In this document: positions 11,036 to 25,031 of the stretch, one piece after another
Position numbering within the stretch: position 1 is the first letter of the stretch
Layout of the letters: each line of letters starts with the position of its first letter
Assembly: GCA_030704615.1 (NCBI GenBank)
Contig: CM060732.1
Location: 68,510,001 to 68,574,000 of the forward strand
Reading direction: 5' to 3'
Length of the DNA stretch: 64,000 nt
From: Takakia lepidozioides
Lineage: Eukaryota; Plantae; Bryophyta
The notes under the pieces: model-generated
Seen by the model: only the letters and a program-made list of their open reading frames with translations
The model's database searches: none
Told to the model about the DNA's origin: nothing
Made by a program: the position numbers and the translations under genes

Positions 11036-13565
11036 ATGGTGGCGCAGGCATCTAAGCTCCTTGGAGTCCATGTGGTTGCCTTCCCCTTTCCAGCGCAAGG
11101 CCACATTGGCCCCTTCGTGCAGTTCTCGAAGATCTTGGCTGGCTATGGCATCACTGTCACCTTTGTGACCACGACTCCACATCTCTCTAGTACGAAACGA
11201 GCCCTGGTTGATGACACCGGCTTTGCGTTCAGCCACAACGTGCATTTGGTATCGCTTGAGCTTCCTGCGGCATTTGCAATGCTAAACAGCTCGAGCATAG
11301 AAGAATTGAAAGAGCAATCAAGATCACCTCCGATGAAAGCATCATTTGAAGAACTCATAAGATCACTAATGGACTCCCCTCCGGCTACCGTAGTAGGTCC
11401 TCCTGTATGCATCATCTCCGATATGTTCTTGGGTTGGACTCAGGTAGGTGCCTATGATTGCATCACATCACAAGAGAGCTTTGATTCAGCGTTGTATTTG
11501 CAGTTTCCCGGGTTGAGCACATGTAATTCTAGAACAAGAGAATTTGTGTACATGCCACTGGGTGCTAATGAATTCAAGCTTGAGCCGCATCACATTGGGA
11601 AGATGGACAATTAGTGTGATCATATGAGGTCTTCCACTCACAAAACGTAGGCCATTGATCTAATAAGCTAGCCTGAGAAAGATACACAAGATTTTTGCTG
11701 TGTAATCTTCAGGTCTACCATATTTGGGAGGATAGTGCAATGCTCTAGTAAGTGTTATGCCGCTCACACAGCTGTCATGTTAATAAGCTAGCTTGATAAA
11801 AATATAATGGGTTATGGTTAACATTGTATGCATTCTACTACCCTAGCTTGATTAACACTGCGAACTGAAGTTGTCTATTCAGTCCAGATACACACCTCAT
11901 GAGTGACAACTTGAATGGCAGGTTACAGCTACCAAGTATCTGATTCCGAGATATTGTCTGTTTTCATCACCAGCACATTTTCTTTCCGTGGTTTACCACT
12001 TTCGATATTTTGTTGCACAAGGTCGGATTCCTGTGACGCTGGCTGATCAGGCTCCATTTGTCATTCCAGGGTTTCCTCCCCTCAAACCTCAGGATCTACC
12101 TCTAACCTTTCAGACAAAGTCTGGTGCTGGCTTTTGGCTCGATAACGCAGAGAGTTTATGGGAAGCTGAGGGGGTGCTCGTGAACAGTGTTTACGAAATG
12201 GAATCTTCCGTAATTGAAGGCCTTCAAGGTGTACTTCGAAGTGAGTTGAAGACAAGTCAGGTCAGTATCTTTAAATTTAACAGAGATATTACAGAGCAGA
12301 GTTGGAACTGACTTAAAATGTAGGATACCCTCACACTTTGACATCTGCAAGAGTCAAATGATCTTGAAGGGCTAAATTCACCTGGGACCATGTATATAGC
12401 ACAAGTTGTGGGCTGCAGGCCCTGCAGAGTTCTACCTCTCCCAAATCTCAACTATCAGCTTTACATCAACATAGAAGGATCTACTCAGGGAGAGAGTGAT
12501 TCAAGAGGTCAGAAACTACCTCCAGGAGAGAGATGTGAGGGAGAGAAGATGCTAGGTGAGACAGGGCATCTGTCACCCCTTCATGAAGAGCCTGGATGTA
12601 CCAGGAGGAAAGAGAAATTTCAAAATTATAGAAAATGCATTTGGAACTGATGGATGCACAACTAATCTTAGCTTAGTTGAGTGGATGACAATTTCTCAAG
12701 TGGTTCAATAGGTGGGCCATACGATTTCAGGCGATTTGAACTAGAAGGGTATCTTGTTGCATGAGTACTTCGATTGCAGACAAGATGGTAGTGGCACCTC
12801 TACAGCTGATACCATATTATTTATATGCAATTGACCTGTTGCTTGCAGGTGCCTAGCATCTTAATGGTGGGACCCACTCTATTAGATGGCAACAAGGATA
12901 ATATGTTCAACAACCCATCGCAAGCGAGTTCAGACAAGAATGAGTGCATAGACTGGTTGAGCACACAGCGAACCTCATCTGTTCTGTATGTCTCCTTTGG
13001 AAGTGTAGCTACTCTCTCTGCCACACAGATTCATAAACTAGCTCTTGGGCTTGAGACGAGTGGGCAGAACTTTCTTTGGGTCCTAAAAGCTCCACAAGGT
13101 ATGGAAGGTGACATCTCTGCCTTCCTCCCTGAACATTTCCTGGAGAGGACTAAGAAGCAGGGATTAGTGTTCTCTGCATGGGCGCCACAGTTGCAGATCC
13201 TTGCCCATCCAGCGGTTGGAGGTTTCCTGAGTCACTGTGGGTGGAACTCCACAGTGGAGAGCATTTGCACGGCCGTGCCTATGATAGCTTGGTCGATTCA
13301 AGCCGAGCAACACTTGAACAAAATACTTGTCGTAGACGTACTAAAAGTTGCTGTTCGGGTCCAGGTATCTGATGATGGGTTGGTTGGCCAGGAGGAGGTA
13401 GAGAGGGCTGTGAGGCTTCTGATGGAAGAGGAGGGAGGAGAGATGTTAAGGAAAAATATGAAGGATCTAAGTGTTACGGTACGAAATGCTGTAGGGCACG
13501 GTGGCTCTTCCAAGACGACTCTGGATTCTTTTGTAGAAAAGCTCCAGTTTTCATCTTCATCTTGA
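11036..13565 (+). CDS. UDP-glycosyltransferase (GT1 family); exons 11036-11443, 11922-12260, 12849-13565
   Basis: FPFPAQGHIGP (catalytic His), IISDMF (Asp), LYVSFGS, PSPG box WAPQLQILAHPAVGGFLSHCGWNSTVES...AEQ. Phase-0 GT-AG introns keep the frame. Confidence 0.93.
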
Positions 13566-16026
13566 GTGATGTACGCTGACTGAGGATGTCTTGCCCAACT
13601 TATCGGCTAGCTAGTTTACATATTGGGTTGTTTGGCTGGCAACTGCATTTATAGGATTGACAGTGTAAGAAGTCGTACCTAGTGGACAATTAACAAAGCA
13701 TGAGAGATTTTATTGGGAGCTGTGGAAGGAGCTTTGCTTTGATCTTCCGAGTGCTTGCAACTCTGCATTCAGGAGACTGGAATTCTAATAACTTTTCTCT
13801 GAGGGTTCCTGAATTGAGTTTAGTCTGGTGGGCTAACTTGCCATCTTCACCCCAATTTTGATATTTGTGTGTCCAGGTGGGTTCTTTAGAACCACACCTA
13901 ATCTGTTGAATAGAAGATATCTCATCTTCTTCTGGTGTGGGTTTATGCTATGCTCTTGATACCACCACCAGCAATGAGTAGTTGGGTCTGCCAGACATGT
14001 TCCTTCAGAATGAGTAGTTGGGGAATCCCCAAATGAAAAAAGAGAAATGGGCTCGAAGTTGCGTCACCAAACAACGAGTCAAAGAACAGAAGAAGTTGGT
14101 GATCAGAGCAGTCATGGCAAGAATCAGCACAATCAGGAGTCATGCACAGTGGAAGAGATCTGATATTGCAAGTGCAATATTTGCAGAATACCGTGGTTGC
14201 TTTGGAAACAGGAAAGAAAGAGTCGAACTAAGAAATTAGGGTACTGCCGGGGAGGACAGCAGGAATTTGAAAAGGGTCTGTGAGGAGTAACTGGGTACTA
14301 TGATCAGAAAACAGAACCATGGGACATTGAGCAGCAAACTCTTTCAAGAAAGAGAAGTTGTGTGCAAGAATTTTGTTAGGAGACTTGGTGTACCAAACAA
14401 ATAAGACAGTCTCTTTCACATGCACATTTCCCAGGCTTTCTGAGTTCCCAACCTCAACTTTATATGTACCTTGATTATGATACCTCAGCAGATGAACCTG
14501 CCCAAAACAATAGGCATGCCATGCCATCCATGGAAGTAACCTCAATTGAAGTGTGCATTCAAGATTCTACATGATTCAAGGTAGATCCCGCGCTGAGTAC
14601 ATGCAACATCCGGTATACAGATCTGCTAGGTCTGCCTGCTGCTGCGGCACTGACACAATTCAAGACTGAAAGTGTTTCTGGGAGGAGTATTATGTGTGAC
14701 TATGGGAAGCTATGCTCCTGCAGGAAAGGGTCAAGGGGTGTCTCTGAATTTTCCGAACCTGTTTGCAGCATGACTACACCACTCACAGTGAAATGAATCA
14801 AAAAGTCTGTCAATGTTTACTTTTATCAGCAGCAGCCTCTTGCTCGCGAATATGCTTGGGCTTCCCCCACATATCCCAAAAGTCATATCCATCCTTGGAA
14901 AAGCTCCCGCCCCTTGCTTTCGATCTCTGCAATTTCAGTCACAATACGTTACTGCCACTAAGCTCCATGTTAAAGACAGCAAGTTCTTATTTCAAACAAG
15001 AAGGCAAACCACATTGTGCATCCACCTGCTAGTTTCCACCAGCTCAAGGAGCTTTTGGATAATACTTTTAAGTACGCGGAAAGAACAGTTCTGGATGGTT
15101 CCTTTACACATGTTTGCCATGCACTCCTTATTGTTCAAGATGCTGACTTTCCCTTAGATTCCTGTCAATAAGTGAATCTCAAAAGAGCTTGCAAAACTAA
15201 AGTCTTCGAAAATGTTTTGAGAGGTGACTTTGATCCTGTCACTGTGACTTTGATGTTGCCAATAGCCCTCTGGTGCTCGCTCGGACTGAAACCCTCAGTT
15301 TTTCCAGGCTAGTGGATGACCCTAATAAACATCCCATTGTCTTCAGGAATTGCCAACATCTTGGGCTCACCATGGGAAGGTTCCTACAGGAGAACTATAT
15401 TGTCAGAAGGTGCTATGGGAAGGGGGATCTATATTTATGCAGGAGTCAACTGTCCTCCTGCCCCTCTTCCTGAAGAAAGAATCCCTCGAGCTTGACGTCT
15501 AACTGTTGTGACAGAGACAGCTTTTGTCATTGGGCTGCATAATCAGTTCTGCGAAGTAATTTAGCATATCTCTTATATGACCCATAGTCATTGTCTAAAG
15601 AACAACTGCACATGGCATAGGTTTATGAATACCCTGTAAAACAGGCCACTACTGATAGATTTTCAACCTCTTGGCACCCAGAGGTTCTCGATGGCTTCAT
15701 GACCCATTGGGATTCCACAGATTTTGAGACCCTGGTGATTCATCTCATCCATTGATGAGCATGTTTGCAAGATGGACTGGTCCATGGTACAAATAACGTG
15801 AGCGAGTATGACAGAAGCCATGCCAGGCGTGATGGGAGCATGAATCCAAAGACATTTCACCACCGATAGCCTAAAAAATGACCAGCTTATTGCGAACTGG
15901 GGCAACTCTCGACCAGCATCATGCAACCGCACAAACCATGTTATACAAGTAAGAAAAGACAGACATGGACTCACTCTCTTGTTGGCCACAGACCCCGCCA
16001 GTTTGGACATAAAAATAGGGAATAGA

Positions 16027-18495
16027 TTGTACTCATAAGACGTTGTTTGCCGTAGCCTTGTGGCCATTGACCCCGCGCCCAGTTTGAGCGGGAACAAAAG
16101 GGACAGAACCTACCTCTGTCAGGGGCTGACGTTGGTAGTAAGACTTACCTCCATATAAAGAATTAATCCGGGTTTTCCAGATATCCTCTAGAAATCCCTT
16201 CACACAAGCATCAATCTGCTGTGTGTGATTTGCCCAAAAACTAGGCCTCAGGAGGGCCTGGGCTTTTGGCTCAGCCTCGAGACTTTCAAAATTGGTAAAC
16301 AGGGGTACAGGCACAATTCCCTTAATAGATTTGAAGAGAGCGTCTCTTTGGTGAGAGAACCCCGGACAGTGTATCAGAAAATGAATACTGTCTTCAGATT
16401 GCCACACAACGGGCACTTGAGGTCATCCAAGATGTCCTCCCCCATGTCACAGACTGGAAACAAGTTCAGGGAAGTTTTCTGCCTAACTTCATTTTCATCA
16501 GACAATCTCATGGCAACAGACATGGCTGAGGACACTACAGCCTCTAAGTCAGATTTATCCAGCAGGGTCAAGACTTGCAGATCCAGGTCCAGGTCCTTGA
16601 GGATCTCTTCTACTCTCTTCTGCCAGGACTTAGCCTGTTTGACAGGGCGGTCCTGTTTCCAAGATATAGAGTCGATTAATTTAGGATATCTGGTGTTGGG
16701 CATATGTTGCAGCTGACCCCACCATCTGACCTTGAATTCATCTCGTCGGGAGCTTAAGGACGGAATGCCAAACTCACCCCGAACAGCCACATTGGCTGTT
16801 TTGGAGCATGCTGACATACACTCCTTAAGCACCCCCACTTGAATGGATTCTAGAGACTTAGCCTGGTTGGAGTTATCAACCCATATAGCAGATCCGTACT
16901 CCAAGGCAGGTCTAATAACGCGACAAAGCATGGTTTTCTTAACCTCAGAGTTGACCCCTCTGCAGTGGAAAAATTTAGTGAGCCCCAGCGAAGTCATCCG
17001 CAAACTTAAGGGCTGGTATGGTGGTATCACCCACCCTTAACCCAAATCCCTCACTTTCCACATCCTCGAGGAGTTGATTGATGAAAACATTGAAGAGCAG
17101 AGGGGAGAGAGTACATCTTTGAGCACACCTTGGTCTATGTCAAAGAAGTTGGACTTCTGTCCGTTAACAGTGACACAGCTTTTGGTGTGAGCATACAAGT
17201 TGTGGACAACTCTCCACATCTTTCCCTTGATCCCACAAGACCAGAGGCGGAACCATAGGCCATCTCTCCACACTGTGTCATAAGCCTTTTTGACATCCAG
17301 GAAAAAGACATAAGTGGGTTTCCCTTCTTTTTTCCTTCCCTGGATAATCTGGCTTAGAGTGAAGATATGATCCACACAGCCCCTGTTTCGCCGAAAGCCA
17401 GCTTGGCCTTCGTGGAAACAACCTCTAGACTCCAGATCAACCTCGAGACGAGTACTTATAACTCTGCAGAATGTCTTGCCAACAGCATTGAGGAGCGTGA
17501 TGCCACGGTAGTTCCCCGGTTCTTCTCTGTCACCCTTCTTGTATAGATTGACAATGACCCCCTGTCGCCAGCGAAAGGGGATCATTTCAGTCTTCCAGAT
17601 AAGGTTAAAGAGGAGAACTAGGGCCTCTATCATGGGATCGCCACCATGCTTGATAAGCTCGTTGACAATACCATCAGGTCCACCAGCTTTATATCCATTT
17701 AAATGTTCAATTGCTTCCACAATCTCAGAAGAACTAATGGGAGCATTATAAGCCATTGAAATATACTCCAGTTCATCAGGGCTGTTTTGAATCATAGGAA
17801 CAGTTTTTCCAACCGTGTCCCTCCATTCAGCAGAAGACCCCTCACTGTTAGACCTAGAAGTTCTGCCAAGGATACTGTAAACGTTGAAGGGCCAACCAGA
17901 ATTTCTTGTCATTACCACCATGGTGGTTTGAGTTTATTTCACTGTATAACTTGTCCCAGTATAATTTCTTCTGAGACCTAACAAGCTGATTGATATCTTT
18001 ACGGAGCTGGTAGTACCTCGCCCACAATTCTCTGTTGGTTTCCAAATTGCAGCACTCTTTATAGAGGGCTCGTCTCTCAGCTATCTTGAGTTTAATCTCA
18101 TTAGTCCACCAATTAACTGCTCTACCGCAGACAATTAGTTTCCTCCCAATGATCTTGTCAGCCACGGAGGAAACGAAACTCTCCCAAGAGTCCACTGCTC
18201 TTTCGACTTCATTTCTTGCGTTAACAGAGTGTGACTGAAGTTCTTGGAGCGATTGGACAAAATGAGGGAGAGCCTCTTGCAAGGCCTGGACGTACTCAGC
18301 CTTGACCTCCTCATTGTGGAATTTTTCTATGCGCCACTTCCGAATCGAACGTTTCACAGATCTCTTGGTGGTGGGAAAACACCTTTTGATCTCAGTCCAA
18401 ACCAGGAAGTGGTCAGAGGTACCAATATCAGTTCTGTCGATCAACACATTGGCACACTGGGGGAACAAAATTTTGTCCATTATGATATAGTCCAC
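16027..18495 (-). mobile_element. RTE-group LINE, 5'-truncated and internally deleted, with a 13-bp TSD
   Basis: APE C-terminus (DYI...SDH), RT (GPDGI, NYRGITLL, QAGFR, FLDVKKAYD; YADD block deleted near 17040) and C-terminal CPLC...HFLIHC finger. TSD AATAGGGAATAGA at 16014-16026 and 18496-18508. Confidence 0.92.
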
Positions 18496-18508
18496 AATAG
18501 GGAATAGA

Positions 18509-18632
18509 AACTATCTTTGTGAGGGGCTCACTCCGGTAGTGTGACTTACCTTGGTAAAGACAATTAGTTCGGGCTTTCCAGATATCCTCTAGAAAATCCT
18601 TCACACAAGCATCAATCTCCGGTGTGTGAGTA
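18509..18632 (-). mobile_element. Short older LINE 3' fragment of the same family, split by the 16027-18495 insertion (other half ~15960-16013)
   Basis: IDACVKDFLEDIWKARTNCLYQGKSHY. Joined across the TSD it reconstitutes a LINE 3' end. Confidence 0.75.
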
Positions 18633-18644
18633 AAATCTGAGAGA

Positions 18645-19445
18645 ATGTACTCAGAAGACGTTGCTTGACGTAGCCTTGTGCTCATAGACCCCGTGCCCAG
18701 TTTGGGCGGAACAAAAGGGAACATATACTACCTTTGTGAGGGGCTCACTCCGGTGGCGTGACTTACCTTGATAGAGACAATAAGTTTGGAATTTCCAGAT
18801 ATCCTCTAGAAAGCCCTTTACACAACCATCAACTTGTGGTGTGTGAGCTGCCAAGCAATTGGACCCCAACAGGCCAGGGAATTGGGGCGCAGCCTCAAGA
18901 TTTTGAAAGTTTAAGAACAGAGGTGCAAGGACAATCTTCTTGATTGTCCTGAAGAGGGTCACTCTCTGGTAAGCATATCCCTGATAATGCATCAGAAAAT
19001 GGATATTGTCTTCAGGCTGCCTGGGCAATTACAATCTCCTCTTCCTCTCTGCATCTGTTTATTGTTCAAAGGTAGGCTTACTGCCCTGATTTTAAATTTC
19101 AGTCTTGTGCCAAGGGTAGGTAGGCCATCCTTGAGGGTAGATCATCCTTGAGGCCCTCGCCCATGTCACAGACTGCAAACAAGTTCAGGGAAGGTCTATG
19201 CTTAACTTCGTTTTCATGGGACAGTCTTTGGACATCAGACATGGCTTTGGATACAACCCCCTCCAGGTCAGCTTCATCCAGTAGGATCAATTCTTGTGGA
19301 CTAATATTCAGATACTTGAAAATCTCTTCTATCATTTTCCGCCAAGACTTAGCCTGTTTAACGGGGCGATTCAGCTCGCCCCACCATCTGACCTTGAATT
19401 CATCACGTCGAGAGCTTAAGGTAGGTATGCCAAACTCGCCCCGGA
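18645..19445 (-). mobile_element. Third, diverged 3' fragment of the same LINE family
   Basis: RGEFGIPTLSSRRDEFKVRWW...VKGFLEDIWK...GHGVYEHKATSSNVF*, followed by the GAGTACATTCT tail. Confidence 0.85.
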
Positions 19446-20956
19446 GAGAGAGAGAGGTACTTGCAATGAATGCCATGCAAACAATGTATTCCGAAACTAA
19501 GTCTATCAACAACTTTTCCTATCTGATTGGACAATTGTAAATCGAGCATGATATACGAGATACTCTTCGACCACCTGAAACTGACAATCCATTGTAATCG
19601 CCAAACCATTTCCATGACAGGAGGTAAGTTGAGCCAGAGTGCCAAACCTCAATAATAGAGATGTAGGCGAGATAGACGGCTACGTTGAAGGAGGCGAGCA
19701 CCGCTAGCCGCTGAAGCATTGGTAGTCTTGCCATCATGGTCTGTCTTCAAAGGCGCAAACTCAGAGATGAGCAGATACCCATTAAAATCTCAACTAATTG
19801 CATAGGAGGAATGTGGGTGCAGTCATGAAAGTAACGATTTGCACTTGTACCTCTCCAAAGAGAAGGGATTCAGAAGAATTCTACCAACTCAGGGAAGGGC
19901 ATCACGAGAAGGCAGCGGAGAGAATCCCTTTGAATCCCATCTTTTCGTGAATCGTTTTTCCATTCCACCCCCACAATCTTCTATCCATCCACAGATTCAT
20001 TATTCCCTCTTAAGATTTTGATGTACTTATTATTCATTGCTTCGTCTTTAGCCACGCATGCATTGTGAAGACATCCCTTCGTTCAGGAGGAGCTGGGTTC
20101 TACTCCGAGTGAAGACCCATCCGTCCATCCCATGTGGGCTGTGAGTGGTCTCGCTCACTCTTCTTCCTTTCTTGAGCAGTACTTGGGTGTTTGTGTAACA
20201 ACGGGGATAAGCCCTTCAGGCTTTGCGTTGCGGATCTAGGAAGTTCAAACGCTACTTTCCATTTGTGTCTCAATCTATAATTTTTTTTCCTTTGTAAGCC
20301 TTTCTTCCCCATGCTTTTACCACCACCAGGAAGATTAAGCTTTTGCGTGTCATCTATAGTCCCATTGCGTGAGGTGACAATTGTGACACCTCCATTGTAG
20401 TTCTGTTCGAGACCAAACAGTGACCCTTTCCAACAAAACCATAGGCTAGATACAAGCCATAACAAGAGTAAAAGAAACTTAGGAACTGTGCAGCAAGAAT
20501 TCAAAACCAGGATCCCTTTATTATTTCTTGCAAAGAATTAGCATTCAGTAGAATTTCAAACAAGAGCAATGCTAACCATTGTTTCCCCTCCCCTAGCAAT
20601 GTAAGTCTTAATGGAAACTAGCAGAAAAGAAACATTCTTCAAGTATTGAGTTGCTTGACCTAGTCATGTAGAACAGGCCTCCAGGGCTTCGCTGAAGCAA
20701 TTCGAGACATTACAAAACACGGATGGACATATATAGAAACAACAAGGCTGCTTCAGCTCTTGTTCTACACAATTGAAGAGGTGTGAACACAACTGACAAT
20801 TTTGTTGCAGGGCAGATTGGTTCCATCCATACCTCTCAATGGGTCTCTCACCTTTGTCATATATTTCTAGCACATTTTGCGAGAATTTGCATTGAGCAAT
20901 GATCTGTCTATAACATCCTAGAGCCACTTCGGTGTGCAGTTTAGTTTTGAGGAAAT

Positions 20957-21427
20957 TCAATTTTTCTTTTCCAATTTTGCCATTATCTTCTTCACTTTGT
21001 CCAAGTCTGCCGTGATTTTTGGAGAGGCTCCAGCGTCTCCCTTTAAATCCCCTTCCTTCTGCACAATCACTTCTGCAATGTTTCCCAACTTACCCAACAC
21101 TTGTTTGAGTTCCTCCTTGATCATCCCTTTGGTTTGCTTGTCAAGAAAAGCCGCCTTTCCCTTCTTGCCACCTGGGGTTTGAGATCCCGAACCCCCATCC
21201 TCTGAAGAACTTCCCAAATCAGCCACGGGACCCTTCTGGCTTGGGCTTTGAGATCCTGAACTGGCCAAATCGGCAGCCAAGGGGCTCTTATTGGCTTTTG
21301 GGGTTTGAGATCCAGAAGCCCCACCCTCTGAAGAACTTCCCAAATCAGCCACGGGACCCTTCTTCTGGCTTGGGCTTTGAGATCCCGAACCTGAATCCGC
21401 GGCCTGTTTGTTTGGTGTATTCGACAT
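20957..21427 (-). CDS. Hypothetical ~156-aa protein: Ser/Gly/Pro-rich repeats and a Lys/Leu-rich helical C-terminus
   Basis: Open frame from ATG 21427 with an in-frame duplicated SGSQSPSQK(K)GPVADLGSSSE(G/D)G..GSQTP unit. No recognised domain. Confidence 0.4.
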   Translation of the reverse strand: MSNTPNKQAADSGSGSQSPSQKKGPVADLGSSSEGGASGSQTPKANKSPLAADLASSGSQSPSQKGPVADLGSSSEDGGSGSQTPGGKKGKAAFLDKQTKGMIKEELKQVLGKLGNIAEVIVQKEGDLKGDAGASPKITADLDKVKKIMAKLEKKN

Positions 21428-22498
21428 GGTGATGACTACGCAATGAGCATGGTAGTGATGTGTCCAAATGAGATACAGCACACTCCTATTTCTCTCTACT
21501 CTATCGAGGTTTTATGATATCCTTGTACTCATTCCTTCAACAAAAACTTCTCTTATCATCTCGAGTCCTCGGTGTCCTCGAGTGGAAAATCTGAATCTCG
21601 CCTGATCAATCATTTATCACGCGCACTTGAGCCAAAATTATTGATCATCCCCAGGCAACCCTTCATTGTAAAAAGTTCGTCAACCTCTGTAACATGTCTT
21701 TATGTTATTACGGATTTCCTTCTCTCAATCATCTTGTGTGAGTGATTGTTCTCTCTCTGGCAATATACAATTCTCTAGCAATTCTGTCTTTAATCAATCC
21801 AGTATGGAACAGACTTCATCTTCATTGACATCACCTAGGATCTACAAATCCTCTCTTGCTGCTTACCTCATTTGAGACTCTTGATGATTCCTCTCATGGA
21901 GTCCATTTCCATCTCCAAGAAAGGGGTATATAAAGACACTTGAAATCTTTCACATAAGTTTTTGACCATTACTCTCAATGTCTGGATTTTATCCGCTTCA
22001 GATCCAACGGCCTCACATGCTTCATGGGGCATCAAAGAGATGAACTCCAAAGGTTTTCTTTACCATCAAGAGTCCCCTGAGGAATGGATAGAAAATGATA
22101 TTCATCCTCTCTCACAGATGCTATCATCCATATGTTTGTCCAACCACATCTGGGGTCTTATGCATCACAGGAGAAATCCTGCGAGATAGACATGCCAGCA
22201 AAGAAAGGTCCAACGCTTATGATGCTAAAACTTGGACAGAGAACCTTGAGCCTCAAGCTGAAGAGAAAGGATCATTAAATGATCAGCTTCTAGTGTTCAC
22301 CTGTGAAGATGTTGTGGACACTCATAAACCCTCACTAAGAATGTTTTCACAAGACATTCCCCCCTAGCAGATACTGCTAACAGAGACCAAAGATTCCTTT
22401 GGTGTGAGCTTTGCCCAAAAGCCTCTTAAATGTGTTTGCCTTCACAATGATTCCAGACACTTCCTTGGTTTTGAGCATGCTATCCCATCATGTTTGTG

Positions 22499-22536
<38 letters not shown>

Positions 22537-22552
22537 TCAGAAAGAGAGAGAG

Positions 22553-22678
22553 AAGCCCACCTTTGAACAGCAAACAGATGCAGAGAGGAAAGAGGGATTG
22601 CAATTGCCCGTTGTGTGGGCAACCTGAAGACACTATTCATTTTCTGATTCATTGTCCTGGGTACTCTCATGAGAGAGA
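22553..22678 (+). mobile_element. Small LINE fragment (zinc-finger region) next to a (CT)n/(GA)n microsatellite
   Basis: CNCPLCGQPEDTIHFLIHCPGYSHER, matching the LINE at 16-19 kb. Confidence 0.75.
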
Positions 22679-22819
22679 CTACCTCCAAGAAGATAAAATT
22701 TACCCAGATTGGGATGGAGAGATCTCACCTGCTCACATGACTGCCGTATTGAAATTTGGAGATTGATACAGAAGACAGAATACAGTAGAAAGACTCCTGT
22801 GACTTTGAACAAAGATACA

Positions 22820-25031
22820 TTATGCGCTTGCTATAAATCTCGATATATCTTCCAGCCCAGCCTCCTTGTAGAAAGATGCAAGCTGCTCCCGCACATTGTC
22901 CCAGCTCCCATCAACTGCAGCAAGGTCCAACAAAAATGCTGCCTGGTCGACTGCCACCTGTGAGAGCATGGACCACACAAGTCAGGATTCTCTTTGTTTT
23001 TTTCCCATTTGAGATGAAACAACCTTTATGAGTCATAACCACCTTCATGAAGTTATTTGAAAGAATTTATGAAAAGTGATATTGTGAGATGACCCAAGGC
23101 GATGTGGAACTTCCTTGACAAGAGATTGCTCATGAGAGTATTTTCGGTGAGCAAGGCACACAACTGAGGAGTATCGCCTATCTCCCACAATAAAGACTCA
23201 AGCCGGAAATGTGACTTGTAACACAATCACCATGCTATCCCAGGAAAAGGCCTCCATAGAGGTCTCATGACAAATCCACATGCCTGAAAGGGTTCACACT
23301 CATAATTATAGTAGGTACTTATTGTGAATCAGACCCTCTTCGAAAGATTGAAAGGGATGTTAATGCACCTCCTTCCGCACAGTTTCCATAGGTGTGACAA
23401 CCTCAATGTTTAGAGTGGCCCCCATTCCGCCACCTGCCGCCACTGTGTCCCTTGGCCCCCCCTGCTGATGTAGTTGATCCTTTCTTTCTCTTTTTCTTAA
23501 ATCCCTTTCTTGGCAATGGGAAGCAAAGCTCAGGGGTATTTTGACATCTGTTCCCTTCTACTTTCTCAGTCCACAGGCCTCTCAGACCCCTGTGAATTTT
23601 TTTTTGAAGTTCTTTCTTCCTCCTCTCTCTCTATGTGTGAGTGTTCATCTATACATGACTCTTTTGTATAGCCAAGATGGTGAAGGAAGTTTACTGCAGA
23701 GAAAGACCAACCTGAGCAGGGCTCTTGCCCTTAAGAAGGTCTTCCCGCTGACCCTCTTCGGTGACCCTTTCTCGCATGAATTCTACTTGCTCGTCACCCC
23801 ACCCAGCCATGGCTGCGACATGTAAATAGCTGGTACCCAGTGTCCACCAGGGTGACTTTAGAGCAATACGGGCTGCATCTTTAGACTCCAGTTTGCGCCC
23901 TGTCTGTGGAAATGTCCTTTCACATGAGTACTAGTTCAGCAACAGATGCAAGCAAATCCTGGGAAAACTCAATGCACATCTCTGTGGCTGGTCATTGCTG
24001 ACTTTAGCCTGCTAGTTAAAAGCCCCCTGCAACTCCATTTTACACACATCAAACAAATTCCTGAGTTTTTCGAGTACCACTTGAGAAAACATCCGCGACA
24101 TGTATGAAGGTAACAGTGCCACAAAGGTGGACTCATTTCAGGTTCAGATCAAATTCACTTTGGTTACTGCGAGCGATATATTCGACCTCATCACAGTTGT
24201 GGTGAGGTGCCCCTGCTATCTCCCTTGTGCTGAGAAATTGATTCAATGAGCCTCAAAACTGGAATTAAGAGTAGGCATGATAGATACCTTCAGCATGAGC
24301 TCGGCATTAAATACAAACGGCCGTCCAAAGCCAGGAAAGTGCTGTCTACTAGCATAAAATTCTCCAGTAACCAAAGCCGACACTGGGTCCCCCTTCTCCA
24401 AGTGTCTCAAAGCGAGCCTCTCGAACACATCTGGAAACATCCCCACTTTTTTCATCAAGTACACATCTATGCTGGGCAGTTTTGATGCACCAAAATCGCC
24501 ATTCCTGTAAAGAGATTTCCCAACCTCTCCTGCACTGCTTTCTAGAATTGTCGAACTTTGAGAATCACTGTCCTCCTCGACTAACGCCCTATGAATGTAC
24601 TCATCCGTGCTTCTAGCCAGCAAATTGAGACCCGATTTCCTCAGTCGAACGATGGGCAGGTCCATGTCCGCTGAAGGTGTCGGCCATCGAAGCAGAGCCG
24701 TCACTTGCCCCTCCTGGTCCTTCGAGAGGGGGATAGCCAGAGGCAGAATACCTTTCCTGTTCTCGGGCGAGACCAGTGTCTCTCCCTTCGCCTGAAGAAC
24801 GTTTAGTAAAGACTGAAGAGACGATGGAGGTTCAACCGCAGCTACCTCTCTGATAAATGTGGCGTGCTCCGAAGCTGTGGTGGCTATGGAGGCCCTGGCC
24901 CGGACAGAGGTAATCCAGTTGAAACTCCTCAAAGCAGTTCTTCTACAAACAAACCCCAACTCAGCATTGGCAGCCCTCTGCCTTGGCATTGCGAGCGCTG
25001 TGGAGATCTGCAAGAAGCTGATTGCCTTCAT
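22820..25031 (-). CDS. PAB: PROTEIN IN CHLOROPLAST ATPASE BIOGENESIS homologue; exons 25031-24288, 23903-23712, 22957-22820
   Basis: LIPLAIPL-like and TALLRWPT, KKVGMFPDV, HFPGFGRPF motifs. Exon 2 KDAARIALKSPWWTLG, exon 3 DQAAFLLDLA...YKEAGL. Canonical phase-0 splice sites. Confidence 0.88.

Noticed and set aside
13940-15500. Possible degraded gene downstream of the UGT
   Set aside because: Only short frames with no identifiable motif.
19450-20504. Two short ORFs with N-terminal hydrophobic segments
   Set aside because: One is interrupted by a stop, and neither shows recognisable homology.
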